NCBI GenBank assembly: GCA_043747935.1
Contig: JAYTOE010000067.1
Location: 22,859 to 86,858 of the forward strand
Length of the DNA: 64,000 nt
Source: Akkermansiaceae bacterium
Lineage (GTDB): Bacteria; Verrucomicrobiota; Verrucomicrobiia; Verrucomicrobiales; Akkermansiaceae
Reading direction: 5' to 3'
The notes beneath the pieces were generated by a model. The model saw only the letters and a list, made by a program, of their open reading frames with translations. It did no database searches and was not told the DNA's origin. Both the position numbers and the translations under genes were made by a program. This document shows, one piece after another, positions 9,677 through 18,269 of the stretch (its first letter is position 1; every line of letters begins with the position of its first letter).

Positions 9677-9685
9677 GGAGGAGCC

Positions 9686-10486
9686 ATGCTTGTCGTGTTC
9701 TCCACCTTCCCCGACGAGGCGACGGCGCGGATCATCTGCGCCACCCTCGTTGCGGAAGGTCTCGTGTCCTGTGCGAACATCTTGCCGCAAGTCACCTCGA
9801 TCTACCGCTGGCAGGGATTTACCTCGCTATGGGCAGGCGTTGCCGCATGTTCCGGGACTTTGGAAAATACACACGCGGACGGGCTGGAAAAAATGGTGAA
9901 TGCGATCCGTGAAACCGGGTGGTGCGTATGGCCGGGGTTTCTGCAGGAGGGGCTGGCGGCGGATCTTTCCCGCGAGAGTCTGTGTTCATGGGAAGAAGGC
10001 GCATTCCGCCGTGCGGGTGTGGGGCGCGGCAACACCCTTGCCATCCGCGATGACGTGCGGACGGATCACGTGATGTGGCTGCGTGACGGGGAGGCGACCC
10101 CATGCCAGCGGGCGTATCTGGAATCGCTGGACGGGATCCGGGTGGCGCTGAATCGAAGCCTTTTCCTCGGTCTGGTCGATTTCGAAGGGCACTTCGCGGT
10201 GTATCCGCCGGGAGGTTTCTACAAGCCCCACCTCGACCGCCATCAAGAGACGCAGGATAGGATCGTTTCCGTGATCCTCTACCTCAATCCCGCCTGGCAG
10301 TCCGGCGACGGCGGTGAGCTGCGGATCTGGACGACGCCGGGCGACAAGGAAGGAGAATCCATCACCGTGGAACCGCGCATGGGCACGATGGTGTGTTTCC
10401 TGGCCGGGGATTTCTGGCACGAGGTGCTGCCCGCGAAAAGAACGAGGGCGAGCAACACCGGATGGTTCCGGGGAAGGGCGGTCTAG
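9686..10486 (+). CDS. In-frame chimera: N-terminal ~44 aa of CutA joined to a 2OG-Fe(II) oxygenase (SM-20/EGL-9-like)
   Basis: Residues 1-44 (TFPDEATA...SCANILPQVTSIYRWQG) are the CutA N-terminus; the rest has HLD...HEV and the YLN...GGELR oxygenase motifs; GGAGG RBS before the CutA start. Confidence 0.8.
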   Translation: MLVVFSTFPDEATARIICATLVAEGLVSCANILPQVTSIYRWQGFTSLWAGVAACSGTLENTHADGLEKMVNAIRETGWCVWPGFLQEGLAADLSRESLCSWEEGAFRRAGVGRGNTLAIRDDVRTDHVMWLRDGEATPCQRAYLESLDGIRVALNRSLFLGLVDFEGHFAVYPPGGFYKPHLDRHQETQDRIVSVILYLNPAWQSGDGGELRIWTTPGDKEGESITVEPRMGTMVCFLAGDFWHEVLPAKRTRASNTGWFRGRAV

Positions 10487-10501
10487 ACGGCGCGAAAATA
10501 G

Positions 10502-11215
10502 GTTCGCTTACCCCTTGCGTGGATCGATCCCGATAACGATGACAATCCCTATGCCTACTCCTACTTTCTCGGAGGTAAGGGGGTCTGGTTTTTCGCGGAC
10601 AAGTTCACGGCGCAAGGGGCTTTCGTCGGTGACTATGCCGCAAAGAAAATCTCCGGCGTCGATGTGAGCGTCTCGGTCGATCCGGAGGAAATCAACTACA
10701 TCGACCTCGTCGTCTATGCAGACGGTCCGAACGGCCCGGGCTATTACTATTCGCTGGCAATTTTTCCCGAGGATCTCGGTGATCTGCCTGACTGGTATGA
10801 CCTGCGCTTCTCGTTCAAGACAAGCTGGTTTGCGCTTCGGGACGGGGTCTATACCGCTTTCCAGCCCGATCAGGTCTTCCTTGCATCCATCGAAGAAATC
10901 GGCATCCGCTTTTTTCCATCTGCCGGAGTTGCCGGGAACGGCTTTGTCGGCGTGGATGATTTCATTTTGGTTCCCACTGTCGAAGCCCCAACGCTTTCCA
11001 CCTCGCTTTCGGGCGGTAATTTCGTGCTCAGTTTCACTCCCAATCCGAGCGTCTCCGCAACGATTCAAGCGCTCGTGCCGATGTTCCAATGGCAGAACGT
11101 CTTGGGAAAATTAGATCTCCTCGGGCCGCAGACTTTCACTACACCGGTCGTCCCGGGAGTGGGACTGTTCCGGGTCGCCGCCAAGGAAAAGCTGACGCAG
11201 GTCATCAGCCCGTGA
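10502..11215 (+). pseudogene. N-terminally truncated secreted-type protein
   Basis: The frame reads as plausible protein from 10502, just after an in-frame TAG, with no start codon or signal peptide; C-terminus ends in a LFRV beta-rich segment. Confidence 0.55.
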
Positions 11216-11645
11216 GAGGCAGGGCGATTCGCGCCAGCCGTTTCATGACGCCCTGAACCAGCCCTCGCGACCACAAGCCTCCGCTCAGGCATGCCGTCAG
11301 GTGGTTGCGCACACCAGGTATGACGAAGATCTTTTTTCCGATGCATTTCAGCGCGGTATCGACGACCTCATCGGCGGACATCCATGTGATCGGGAGTTTC
11401 GAGTAATCGACGGGATGAAGATATTTCCCGGGTGTCTCTGTTGCCCCGGGTGCCAGAACCATGACATCGACGCCCTGATCCCTCGTCAGTTGCTGACTTA
11501 CATCGTTTAGGAGATCGATTCGTCTCGCAGCGATCACAAGGTTCATGCCGGAAGCCGCCAATCTTTGAGCGAACACGTAGCCAATGCCGGATGAGGCACC
11601 GGTCACCAAAGCCCAATCGCCGTAGCGTTCACGGAAGTTGTGCAT
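11205..11645 (-). pseudogene. Short-chain dehydrogenase/reductase with the catalytic core deleted in frame
   Basis: ALVTGASSGIG and LVIAARR present, then a direct jump to GVDVMVLAPGATET; NNAG and YxxxK absent; 146 aa. Confidence 0.8.
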
Positions 11646-11728
11646 GAATGATATCGTAATCGTCTTCCGTTCATACATCCAGCTTTAGCGTGGACTATGA
11701 CCTTTGAACCCTCGAGTAGTTACTTCTT

Positions 11729-11974
11729 ATGAAAATCGACTTGGCGGACGCTGTCTTGGAAGGCACAGGAATGACACCGGAGCTTGCGAAGCTTGAAGTC
11801 GCCGTGGCGCTTTACCGCGACCGCAAGGTGAGCATGGGGCGTGCGGCGCGGCTCGTGGATATGCCCCGTCCGCTTTTTCAGCGGGAACTCGGCAAGCGGG
11901 GCGTAACGGTGGATTATGAAGTGGATGATCTCCACGCGGATCTTGAATCCCTCAAAAGCCTTGTTTTCCCGTGA
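11729..11974 (+). CDS. UPF0175-family putative antitoxin
   Basis: KLEVAVALYRDRKVSMGRAARLVD...FQRELGKRGV...DL pattern; its stop overlaps a PIN toxin start. Confidence 0.85.
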   Translation: MKIDLADAVLEGTGMTPELAKLEVAVALYRDRKVSMGRAARLVDMPRPLFQRELGKRGVTVDYEVDDLHADLESLKSLVFP

Positions 11975-12036
11975 TCGTCGTTGCCGATACCTCTGCCATC
12001 AACAATATGGACGGGGCGAGCCGTAATTTCCAGTAG
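11971..12036 (+). pseudogene. 21-codon remnant of a DUF3368-like PIN toxin
   Basis: GTG-IVVADTSAINN matches the MIVVxDTS start of this family; GTGA overlap with the antitoxin stop; stops after 21 codons. Confidence 0.7.
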
Positions 12037-12096
12037 ACGCAGAGCCTCGCAGGCACGGCAAAACGCGCGCTTTGAGAGGGAAAAGCACCGCACTTG

Positions 12097-13010
12097 TCAA
12101 ACCTTTGGCAAATCAGGAGCCTCTATTATTGGGTCACTTGGTGATGCCAGTTTCCACAGAGAACCGTTGATGCTGACGACTCCTATGCCGAATGAGTTGG
12201 TGGGTATGATTCGGGCGGATACAGATTCTCCTTGATTAGGAACCGGCAGACCAAGCGCTTCTGCTATCATGAGGTGCGCCCGGTACTGCCCTAAAATGAT
12301 ATGCCTTCCGGTTTGAGAGTGGTTCTCGCCCCACCGTTTGCTCGCACTCGTTTCATATAGTCATCTTGCTGCGCGACTGTCGCAACCACTGCCCGACCAA
12401 TCCTCATGCCTTGGGTCAATCGGAATAGGTTGTTTATGCGCTTAACTCCGGATCCCGAAATCATGATCTTATCCACAACGTCCTGCGGCAGTTGAAGGAG
12501 CACATTGGGAGGTAATTCGGCATCCCTCCAAATCCAAAGAATGGCGTCTCGGCCAGTTACGTTAAGAGTCGCCTTGGAATCCCTATTCCCGCCAGAGTTA
12601 AGACGTTCGGGCGTAATTCTGACCAGACCCAAGCTCCATTTCGGATGGGAACTGTCTTCGGCCCACACCACCATGCAGACATGCCCCAGTGCTTCCGGTG
12701 GAATCATCCAGCCTCCAAGACGCTGAGAATATTTGCAGTCCACCTCAACCCCTGCGATTTCGTAATCCAACGTCTTTCCGTCATCGAAATCGAAACGCCG
12801 CTGGAGGTTGATCTCCACAAGAGTGCCGCAATGGGTTTTCTCTGTTTTGTAGAGTTGATCCCATTTGTATCGACCGGTTCTCTGTTCATCGTAAAGTTGA
12901 TCGATCGTATCACGAATGACCCGCGCGAACATCCGCCCGGTCGGATCCAACTGCCGTAGCTGAATTGCAACCTTGGCCACCTCCTCGTCTACGGACAATT
13001 CAAGAGCCAT
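12097..13010 (-). pseudogene. NaeI-family type II restriction endonuclease, frameshifted near 12301
   Basis: RDTIDQLYD, KTEKTHCGTLVEINL, VDCKYS, QQDDYMKRVR; the C-terminus IILGQYRAH...LGLPVP...EAPDLPKV continues in another frame after a 1-nt loss. Confidence 0.9.
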
Positions 13011-13260
13011 CTCTTTTGCCTTTCGTAGCAGGTATTTCGCCGACAGCTTCCGAAATCAGGCTGGCCAAGCTCATGTTCAGTGCGACGGCGATTTTGGCAG
13101 CGGCATCCAGGGTGGGGTTGCGCATACCCCGCTCAATCATGCCGATGTAGGTCGGGTGGAGTTTGGATAGCTCAGCCAAGCGTTCCTGTGAAAGTCCGGA
13201 ATTCAGACGTAATCGCTTAACCGCGATTCCAAATTGCTTCGAAACACTGATGGAAACCAC
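13000..13260 (-). CDS. XRE-family HTH controller (C) protein of the R-M system
   Basis: LSQERLAELSKLHPTYIGMIERGMRNPTL; overlaps the endonuclease start; C-box-like site upstream. Confidence 0.88.
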   Translation of the reverse strand: MVSISVSKQFGIAVKRLRLNSGLSQERLAELSKLHPTYIGMIERGMRNPTLDAAAKIAVALNMSLASLISEAVGEIPATKGKRDGS

Positions 13261-13282
13261 TAGTAATTCCTGACAGCGAACC

Positions 13283-13308
13283 CATCAAACGTCCACAGAC
13301 TATAGTCT
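13283..13308 (-). promoter_or_regulatory. C-box-like operator (GACTATAGTC-TGTG-GACGTTTGAT)
   Basis: Perfect palindrome AGACTATAGTCT at 13297-13308, then GTG and a degenerate second half, upstream of the C gene. Confidence 0.7.
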
Positions 13309-13333
13309 TTCCTGTGCGCTAACAGGATGGAGT

Positions 13334-14338
13334 TCAGGAAACGCGTATGCTCTGTCTGCCAGCCTGAGATCCGCGGATGGCCTCTCTTATACGTAGAGCA
13401 ACGGCCTCTGCAACTGGCGGCGGAAAGGCATTGCCGATTTGGCGGTAGGAAGCAGTTTTTCCCCCGGCAAATTGCCAGTCATCGGGGAAACCTTGGATTC
13501 TGGCGGTCATACGGAGAGTGAGACGCGGAATTTCCCTGAAACCTTTTGGTGGAGCTTCATTGGCTAGCGAGATCCCGTTCACGCCGAGAGCAGCCCAGGC
13601 TTTACGGGCGCGGGTTGGCCCGAGGTCGGCTCCGCCATGCTTTTTGGAACCACCCACGAGAGTTGGAGCGATTTCGCTGGCATTTGCCGCCCATTCGAAA
13701 GCTCCTTCCCAGCCATTCTCTGCCATGAGATCAACGAGGGTTTCCCCAACCGTTTTGGTTAGCCTGCTGTCGGTGAGTGGTATCGGAGGGTAAAAATTCG
13801 ATGAAAGGTCTTCACGTATGGCCACCACCACAACTCGCGGGCGAAGCTGTGTTACCCCAAAGTCCGAGGCATTCATCAGGTGCCAACTTGCGTCGTATCC
13901 AAGAACTTTTAGCTGCTTCTTCAGGCTCATGCGGTAGTCGGTAAACACCGCGTCCAGAAAGCCACGGACATTCTCCAGCATGACAGCCTTCGGTTGACAT
14001 TCTTCCACCAAGCGGAGCGCTTCCGGGAAGAGGTCACGTTCATCAGCCTCGCCTAGCTGCTTTCCTGCCTTCGAGAACGGTGGACACGGCACTCCTCCCG
14101 CCAACAAATCTACTCCTTTGTATTCCTTGGCGGAAAATTGCCTCACATCCCCTTCGATCACATTCCACGTCGGTCGGTTCTGCCTTAAGGTTGCACACGC
14201 ATGCCGGTCATATTCGACGTGCGCAAGAGCTTCGAAACCCGCTCTTTCAAGCCCTATCGCTTGCCCACCGGCTCCCGAACATATTTCTACACAGGTAAGT
14301 GGACTATTGCGTATTTTTGCGGCGGTAGAGAGCTTTAT
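13334..14338 (-). CDS. C5 cytosine DNA methyltransferase (NaeI/NgoMIV-like); start uncertain, ATA at 14338 proposed
   Basis: Motif I EICSGAGG, IV GGVPCPPFS, VI ENVRG, VIII QLRPR, IX/X RIQGFPD...GNAFPP; no in-frame ATG/GTG/TTG upstream of motif I. Confidence 0.85.
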   Translation of the reverse strand: MKLSTAAKIRNSPLTCVEICSGAGGQAIGLERAGFEALAHVEYDRHACATLRQNRPTWNVIEGDVRQFSAKEYKGVDLLAGGVPCPPFSKAGKQLGEADERDLFPEALRLVEECQPKAVMLENVRGFLDAVFTDYRMSLKKQLKVLGYDASWHLMNASDFGVTQLRPRVVVVAIREDLSSNFYPPIPLTDSRLTKTVGETLVDLMAENGWEGAFEWAANASEIAPTLVGGSKKHGGADLGPTRARKAWAALGVNGISLANEAPPKGFREIPRLTLRMTARIQGFPDDWQFAGGKTASYRQIGNAFPPPVAEAVALRIREAIRGSQAGRQSIRVS

Positions 14339-14339
14339 G

Positions 14340-14373
14340 GGTTCATTTGAACACTTTATTAACGCGGTGTCAA
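14340..14373 (-). promoter_or_regulatory. Methylase promoter (TTGACA-N17-TCAAAT) overlapped by a LexA-like box TGTTC-AAAT-GAACC
   Basis: -35 at 14373-14368; extended -10 TG-n-TCAAAT ending at 14345; box at 14340-14353. Confidence 0.55.
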
Positions 14374-14392
14374 TTTTTCAGTGAATGTCCCA

Positions 14393-17300
14393 TCACGCAT
14401 CCAGCCTCAGCGCCGCTTTTTGCGCCGCGGATTTGGCTTCGTTCTTGTCTTCGCTGGAAGCGGCGGTGAGGCGCATGCCGACGGGTTTCGAGACGCCGAA
14501 CTCCTCCATGGTGACGCCATACATCACGTCGGCACGGGCCATGGTGCGCTTGGAGTGGGTGACGATGATGAACTGGGAGCGGTCGATGAAGCGGTCGAGC
14601 ACCTTTACGAAACGTCCGATGTTCGATTCGTCGAGCGGGGCGTCGAGTTCGTCGAGCACGCAGAAGGGCGAGGGCTTGATCATGTAGATCGAGAACAGCA
14701 GGGCTACGGCGGTCATCGAGCGCTCACCGCCGGAGAGGAGGGTGATGGACTGGAGTTTTTTGCCGGGCGGTTTCGCGATCACCTCGATGCCGGATTCGAG
14801 CGGGTCGGACTCGTCGATCAGGGTGAGATCGGCCTCGCCTTTTTCACCGAAGAGTTCCTTGAACATTTCGCGGAAGTTGAGGCGCACCTGGGCGAAGGTT
14901 TCCGAGAAACGGCGCTGAGTCTCCTCGTTGATGCGCTCGATGACGGCGAGCAGTTCGGTCTTGGAGTTAACGAGGTCGTCGTGCTGGTTGCGGAGGAAGT
15001 TGTGGCGCTCCTCGAGCTCGTCGTATTCCTCGATGGCATCGACGTTGACGGGACCCATGGATTCGATCTTGCGCTTGAGGTCGTGGACGAGGGACTCGAC
15101 GAAAGACCAGCTTGGCTCGCCGGGGATGTCGGGGAGGGGGTCGATTGATGATTGAGGATTGTTGATTGAGGATTTTTGATCTGCGTTGGCGGCGAGTTCT
15201 TCGGCTACTTCTGGATCTGTTTCATCCGCGCCGGAGGCGTTGCGGGCCTTGCGACTTGCCAGCGTAGCCAGCAACAAATGGGCGTCCGGTTCGAAGGTGG
15301 CGAGGGTGATCTGGTGGCGATCCTCGGTGGCATCCATGAGGTTTTCCATCCGTAGATCGAGCTTGGTGGCGGCGATCTCCTCGCGGCCTTTCTGCTCGTT
15401 GGTGGCGGCGAGCTGTTTGCGAATCGCGGCGAGCTGCACCTCCGCTTCCTCGATGGCCTTGATGAGTTCGCCGCGCCCCTCGGCCTTTTCGGAGAGCACC
15501 TGCTGGAGATCTTCGGACTCGATGCGGTGATCCTCGGCTTGGTTTTTCAGCGAGACGTTTTCCTCGGCGGCGGCTTCGATGCGGTTGGTGAAATTCGCGA
15601 TTTCCGCCTCGCGCCGGATGGCGACTTCGCGGAGTTCGGAAAGGCGGGCTTCCATCGGGCGCTGCTGTTCTTCGGCGGCTTGCTTGGCACGTTTCTCGAC
15701 GGCGAGGCGGGTGCGGAGTTCGTTGAGCGCGGCGCTGAGTTCCTGTTCGGAGGAAAAGGCGGAATCCGATTGTGATTGGAGTGAGCGGCTCTGATCCTCA
15801 ATGGCGGCGAGGCGATCGCGTGAGGAGGCGAGTTCGGACTCAAGCGATTGGCGGGAATCAGTGGCGAGGGTCTCGCGTTTCTCCAGCTCGGAGCGCTCCC
15901 AGCGCACGTTCTCGATGCGGGTGTTGAAATTCTCGACCTCGCGGGTGGCGAGTGAAAGCTGACCCTGGAGAGTGGAAAGCTCGACCTTTTGGCGTTGCAG
16001 GCGTTCGCGGGAGACCTCGACGGCCTCGCGCTGGGACTCGAGTTGCGACTCCAGCGTGGCGACGCGGGTGCGGGCTTCCTCGTCGGTTTGGCGGAGCGCG
16101 GCGACTTCCTTTTCGAGGGAGCGGACTTCGTTCTGCCTCTCCAGCAGGGAAGTGGAGGCACCGGATGTGGCACCGCCCTGGATGGTGCCTTCGGGGGAAA
16201 GCATTTCGCCGGCGAGGGTGACGAAGGTGAGGGTGGCGTAATCGTTGCGGAGCTTCAGCGCCGTGGTGAGATCCGGGACGATGAGGGTTTTCTCAAGAAG
16301 CTGCTCGATGATCGCGGCGACCTGCGGCTCGGACTTCACCTTGTCGAGCGCCCACGCGGTGGCACCGGATGGGAGGGTCTCGATCTGGGTGCCGGAGGCT
16401 TTCGGGATGAGGTTTTTCGGGAGGATGGCGGCTTGGCCGAGTTTCTTTTCGGTAAGGCGCTGGATGAGGGTTTCCGCGACGGCGGAATCCGCGACGAGCA
16501 CGGTTTGGAGCTTCGCACCGAGGGCGGCTTCGATCGCGCGGGCGGCGGAATCATCGGCCTGGATGAAAGAGGCGAGCACGCCATCGATGGACGGCTTGAA
16601 TTCGTCGGGCGCGTCGAGACCTTTGAGGAGGTTCTGGGTGCCTTTCGCGAAGCCCTCGCCGGAAGCGACGAGCTGCTTCACCGCGTCGAGGCGGGCGGAG
16701 CGCTGGGCGAGGATTTTGTTGGAATCCGTGGCGGCGGTGCGGGCGGCATCGAGATCGCCGCGGGTGTGCTGGTAGGCGCGTTCGGCGGCTTGGAAGGCAT
16801 CCTCCAACTCGCTGAGCTGAGCGCCCGTTTCGGAAACGAGAGTGGCGATGTTCGTCTGCTGGGCGATGTGCTCCTCGACGCCGATGCTGAGGCGCTGCTC
16901 CTCTTCGGCGAGCTGGCGGGAGCGCTCGCGGTTGCCTTCGAGCTGGGCGAGCGAGGATTCGATCTTCGCCTGCATCGAGGCGATGAGGGTCTGGCAAGTG
17001 TTCGCTTCGGCACGGGAGGCGCGCAGAGCCGTCTCAAGGTTCGCGCGGGTCTCGCGGGCGGTGACGGTGCGCTCCTCCAGTTTCTGAAGCTCCAGTTCCT
17101 GCTCGGCGATGCGGCGGTTGATCTGGTCGAGTGCTTCGTTGGCGGCGGTGAAATCAAACTCCTGCTGGGCGAGCTTTTCGCGGGTCGTCTGGATGTCGGA
17201 ATGGTTCTGGGAGATGCGGCCTTCGAGCTCCGATTTACGCTCGTTGTTGAACGCGATGCGCGCCTCGGCGGAGGCGAGGGCGTTGCGGTGCTCGTTGAGT

Positions 17301-18166
17301 TGCTGGCGGAGTTCGGCAAGCTCGGACTCGAACACACGAGCTGCGGAGCGGGCTTCGGCGACGGTTTCCTCTTTCTCCGGAAGCTGGCGGGAAAGTTGGG
17401 AATCCTGCGCGTCGAGCGAGCGTATCGAGGTGGTCAGCTCGGCGCGTTCAGCAGTGATCTCGACGTAGCGCTTGTGGGCGAGGTGGGTGTCGAGCACGCG
17501 GTAATCCGTGGAGAGCGATTGGAAGCGGCGGGCTTTGGCGACCTGGCGCTTCAGCGAGTTCATGCGGCGCTCCTGTTCGGCGAGGACGTCGGATACGCGC
17601 AGCAGATTCGCCTCGGTGTATTCGAGTTTGCGCAGCGCGTCCTTTTTTTCACGCTTGAATTTCGTGATGCCTGCCGCCTCTTCGAACACCGCGCGGCGTT
17701 CCTCGGGCTTCGAGGAAAGGATCTGGTCGATCTGACCCTGCGCCATGATCGAGTAGGCGGTGCGGCCGATGCCGGTGTCCATGAACAGATCGTGAATGTC
17801 GCGCAGGCGGCAAAGCGTTCCGTTCAGGCGGTATTCGGAACGCCCGTCACGGAAGACCCGGCGGGTGATGGCCACCTCGTTGAAATCGACTTTCAGCGAC
17901 TCCTCGCAATCCGCCATCGTCAGCGTCACCTCAGCCATGCCGAGCGGCTTGCGCTTTTCCGTGCCGTTGAAAATGACATCCGCCATCTCGCCGCCGCGCA
18001 GGGCTTTCGCGGAGGTCTCGCCGAGCACCCAGCGGATCGCGTCGACGACGTTCGATTTTCCGCAACCGTTCGGACCGACGATGCCGGTGACGCCTTCGGC
18101 GAATTCGAACACGGTCTTGTCGGCGAAGGATTTGAAGCCTAGGATTTCGAGAGTCTTGAGATACAT
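14393..18166 (-). CDS. smc: Chromosome segregation protein SMC
   Basis: MYLKTLEILGFKSF, Walker A GPNGCGKSN, long coiled coils with hinge, LSGGE signature, VLDELDAPLD; start at ATG 18166. Confidence 0.98.
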   Translation of the reverse strand: MYLKTLEILGFKSFADKTVFEFAEGVTGIVGPNGCGKSNVVDAIRWVLGETSAKALRGGEMADVIFNGTEKRKPLGMAEVTLTMADCEESLKVDFNEVAITRRVFRDGRSEYRLNGTLCRLRDIHDLFMDTGIGRTAYSIMAQGQIDQILSSKPEERRAVFEEAAGITKFKREKKDALRKLEYTEANLLRVSDVLAEQERRMNSLKRQVAKARRFQSLSTDYRVLDTHLAHKRYVEITAERAELTTSIRSLDAQDSQLSRQLPEKEETVAEARSAARVFESELAELRQQLNEHRNALASAEARIAFNNERKSELEGRISQNHSDIQTTREKLAQQEFDFTAANEALDQINRRIAEQELELQKLEERTVTARETRANLETALRASRAEANTCQTLIASMQAKIESSLAQLEGNRERSRQLAEEEQRLSIGVEEHIAQQTNIATLVSETGAQLSELEDAFQAAERAYQHTRGDLDAARTAATDSNKILAQRSARLDAVKQLVASGEGFAKGTQNLLKGLDAPDEFKPSIDGVLASFIQADDSAARAIEAALGAKLQTVLVADSAVAETLIQRLTEKKLGQAAILPKNLIPKASGTQIETLPSGATAWALDKVKSEPQVAAIIEQLLEKTLIVPDLTTALKLRNDYATLTFVTLAGEMLSPEGTIQGGATSGASTSLLERQNEVRSLEKEVAALRQTDEEARTRVATLESQLESQREAVEVSRERLQRQKVELSTLQGQLSLATREVENFNTRIENVRWERSELEKRETLATDSRQSLESELASSRDRLAAIEDQSRSLQSQSDSAFSSEQELSAALNELRTRLAVEKRAKQAAEEQQRPMEARLSELREVAIRREAEIANFTNRIEAAAEENVSLKNQAEDHRIESEDLQQVLSEKAEGRGELIKAIEEAEVQLAAIRKQLAATNEQKGREEIAATKLDLRMENLMDATEDRHQITLATFEPDAHLLLATLASRKARNASGADETDPEVAEELAANADQKSSINNPQSSIDPLPDIPGEPSWSFVESLVHDLKRKIESMGPVNVDAIEEYDELEERHNFLRNQHDDLVNSKTELLAVIERINEETQRRFSETFAQVRLNFREMFKELFGEKGEADLTLIDESDPLESGIEVIAKPPGKKLQSITLLSGGERSMTAVALLFSIYMIKPSPFCVLDELDAPLDESNIGRFVKVLDRFIDRSQFIIVTHSKRTMARADVMYGVTMEEFGVSKPVGMRLTAASSEDKNEAKSAAQKAALRLDA
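15143..15180. repeat. 5 x 7-bp GATTGAN-type array inside smc (encodes QKSSINNPQSSI)
   Basis: GATTGAT GATTGAG GATTGTT GATTGAG GATTTTT GAT, read directly. Confidence 0.75.
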
Positions 18167-18269
18167 GGAGTGGGTGTGTTGGGGTGGGAAAGCGACGATT
18201 CGGATGGGATCAGGTATTGGGTAGAGGCTAGGGAATGAATCCGGCGAAGCAAGATGAGAATGCCGAGAA

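Noticed and set aside
15989-18142. 717-aa plus-strand ORF
   Set aside because: Antisense shadow of smc caused by high-GC codon bias; no recognisable motifs
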